This document shows positions 61,996-64,000 of a stretch of 64,000 bases of DNA, piece after piece. This DNA is from Octopus sinensis (lineage: Eukaryota). How positions within the stretch are numbered: the stretch's first letter is position 1; each line of letters starts with the position of its first letter. The notes beneath the pieces were generated by a model. That model searched no databases and was not told the DNA's origin. It saw nothing but the letters and a program-made list of their open reading frames with translations. A program made the translations under genes and the position numbers. Location of the stretch: contig NW_021824954.1 in assembly GCF_006345805.1 (NCBI RefSeq), forward strand, positions 485,516-549,515. The letters run 5' to 3'.

Positions 61996-64000
61996 TTTTA
62001 TTATTACCCACAAGGGGCGAACATAGATGGGACTATACAATCTGATGATGGGGTCAGACACACGAATGGGTTTTTACAATAAAACGAATTTTAAAATTTT
62101 CATGAAATTACAATAAATGGACAGAAATCGAATGATGTAACAGACCGGAAGACATTACGGGTGGAGTGGGTGCGGATTTAGCTCGGACCCCACGAGCCCC
62201 GCCTCCCCACTGATACTTTTGGTTTCGTTTGGTTTACATTTATGTTGTATCTTTCACTCGCAACTTTCGTGCTACATCTTTCCATCGTTCTTCATACACT
62301 CTCCTAGTCAGGCATATTCTCTCCAGCCCTATCTTCCTTTTCAGGTGAAAGATGAAATAATTCATCAAACCAGGGCCGGAGATGAACTTGCCTGACTGTA
62401 CACCTTTCATTCTCGTCTTCCATATCACCTCTTTCGCAATTGCTACTACAACGAGAACACAAAACTTACCTTCTTTCGCGAGGAAATCCGGTGGGTCAAT
62501 TTTTGTAATCGACTCAGTCGACAGCTGTACTCTTCGTGTACCTGACAACAGTGTTCGGCATAAACCCACACCTCAGACACGTCCGGACAATGAACAATAG
62601 CGTGCGGGACGGTTTCCCTATCCCGCCCGCATCTTGGACATATCGGACTGTCTTGGCCACCGTGCCTTGCGAGTTTATCCCGAACAGGTAGAGCTCCTCT
62701 GTAGCATTGCCATGCCAGGACTTCTGGAAGTTGTCCAGTGTCTTCGGCTTGAACGTACGTCGGAACAGACTGGCCAGCTGATTATCGTCGAGACCTAGGG
62801 TTCCTCCAAGGTATCTTCACATTCCGCCTCTACCAACCCTCTATAGAAGAATGTGGTGGAACCCCCACCGCAGGCGTTGCCCGAGCCGGAATAGCAGGAG
62901 AGCCTTGCGACACTCCGTGTACAAGTACCAAGTTTCGATCTACGATTCAGCCAGGTTTCCCATCCACCGAAACTAGTGAACTTGGGAAACATCAGTTTTG
63001 CTAGCGAAGACCACACCCGTTCACCATCCAGATAGAGCCACAGATGTCTTAACCTCAGCGCATGTCTGCGCATCATCAGCCAAGGCATCCCTAGCCCACC
63101 CTTTAACGGTTGTTGACAGCAAGTAGAGCGTTTCACAAGTGGTTTCCGGCCCTTCCACAAGAAGTAGAAGAGCTGTCTTTCCAACTTGATCAACCACGAA
63201 TCAGGGCAAGGAACGACGGAAAGGCGGTAGGTGATAACCGATGCGATAAACACATTGGCCACCTCCGCCCTCCTTTCAGGGATAGCCACCGCCAGACCAG
63301 GTCTTGGCTACTGCAGCCACCTTGCTCGTTACCTACCTCGCCCCAATTCTTCTCTATTTGGAGGTCTGGACCGAACCAGACCCTTAGCAATTTAATCGGA
63401 CCCTCCGTCCAACGTCCCACGACGCTGTCAGGAGGCATCGACTTGCCTCTCCAGGTGCCGAGTTGCAAGCCGACTGACTTTTCGCGATTAACTTTTGCTC
63501 CTGTCACCGTCTCGTAAACCTCTATGGCCTTGCCTACTTTACATAGGTGGTCCATTTCGGTTACGATGATGGTGATGTCATCCGCGTACGCTGACACTGA
63601 TTTTCCATTACCTGGCTGTCTCGGGATGCCGCTCAGTTTTCGCAGTAATGGCTCTAGAGCCATCACGTACAAAAGCGGGGAGAGCGGACACCCTTGACGA
63701 ACCGAGCGTTTGATTTTGAACGGCTTCGACAAGAAGCCGTTCACCCGAACTACCGAGTCGATGTTATCATAAATTTGGATAATCCACCTGAGGAAGCCAA
63801 GGCTCAGCCCGAACTGTGCCAGGGCAGATACCAAGTAACGATGGTCGACCCTATCAAAAGCTTTAGATTGGTCTAAATGGACCAGTGCCCCACCCTTGCC
63901 AGAATCACTATTAAACCCCTCTATAGGGTACCGCATTAGATGGAGATTATCCTGAATGGATCTGCCCGGAACGGCACATGTCTGTGCCCCTCCGATCAGA
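61996..64000 (-). mobile_element. L1/Tx1-clade LINE, 3' part of ORF2 and 3' UTR (continues beyond the window)
   Basis: HLDQSKAFDRVDH, VRQGCPLSPLLYVMALEPLL, AYADDIT; post-RT peptides similar to 3965-4415; C-terminus VAIAKEVIWKTR...RWKDVARKLRV; ~240-bp 3' UTR ending gtgggtaataataaaac. Confidence 0.92.

Overview
A 64-kb animal genomic window with no host protein-coding gene, rRNA, tRNA or CRISPR array that I can support. The SINE families and microsatellite density look octopus/cephalopod-like, which is inference. The window is a mosaic of transposable elements and microsatellites. (1) 0.76-8.3 kb: a 5'-complete, 3'-truncated L1/Tx1-like LINE joined in the same (-) orientation to a Neptune-type Penelope-like element (PLE). 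(2) 13.1-16.8 kb: a Hero-like RLE non-LTR retrotransposon between (TA)n runs. (3) 23.3-24.5 kb: a mariner relic with both TIRs and TA TSDs. (4) 26.4-44.2 kb: a Helitron nest with a decayed RepHel element duplicated in tandem, small non-autonomous Helitrons, an end-swapped chimera and a piggyBac remnant fused to a Helitron 5' end. (5) 62-64 kb: the 3' part of a second L1/Tx1. Many tRNA-derived SINEs and MITE/foldback elements lie in between. The least obvious layer is a set of type-I hammerhead ribozyme motifs in PLE-like terminal repeats of at least four families. One family has a shared variant core (CUGU(C/U)GA). One motif sits next to a ~557-bp spacer-less palindrome whose centre corresponds to a position just 3' of the predicted cleavage site. 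A SINE 3' tail also matches the 3' tail of the L1/Tx1. Coordinates were read by eye; element ends inside microsatellites are approximate. No folding, alignment or database search was run.
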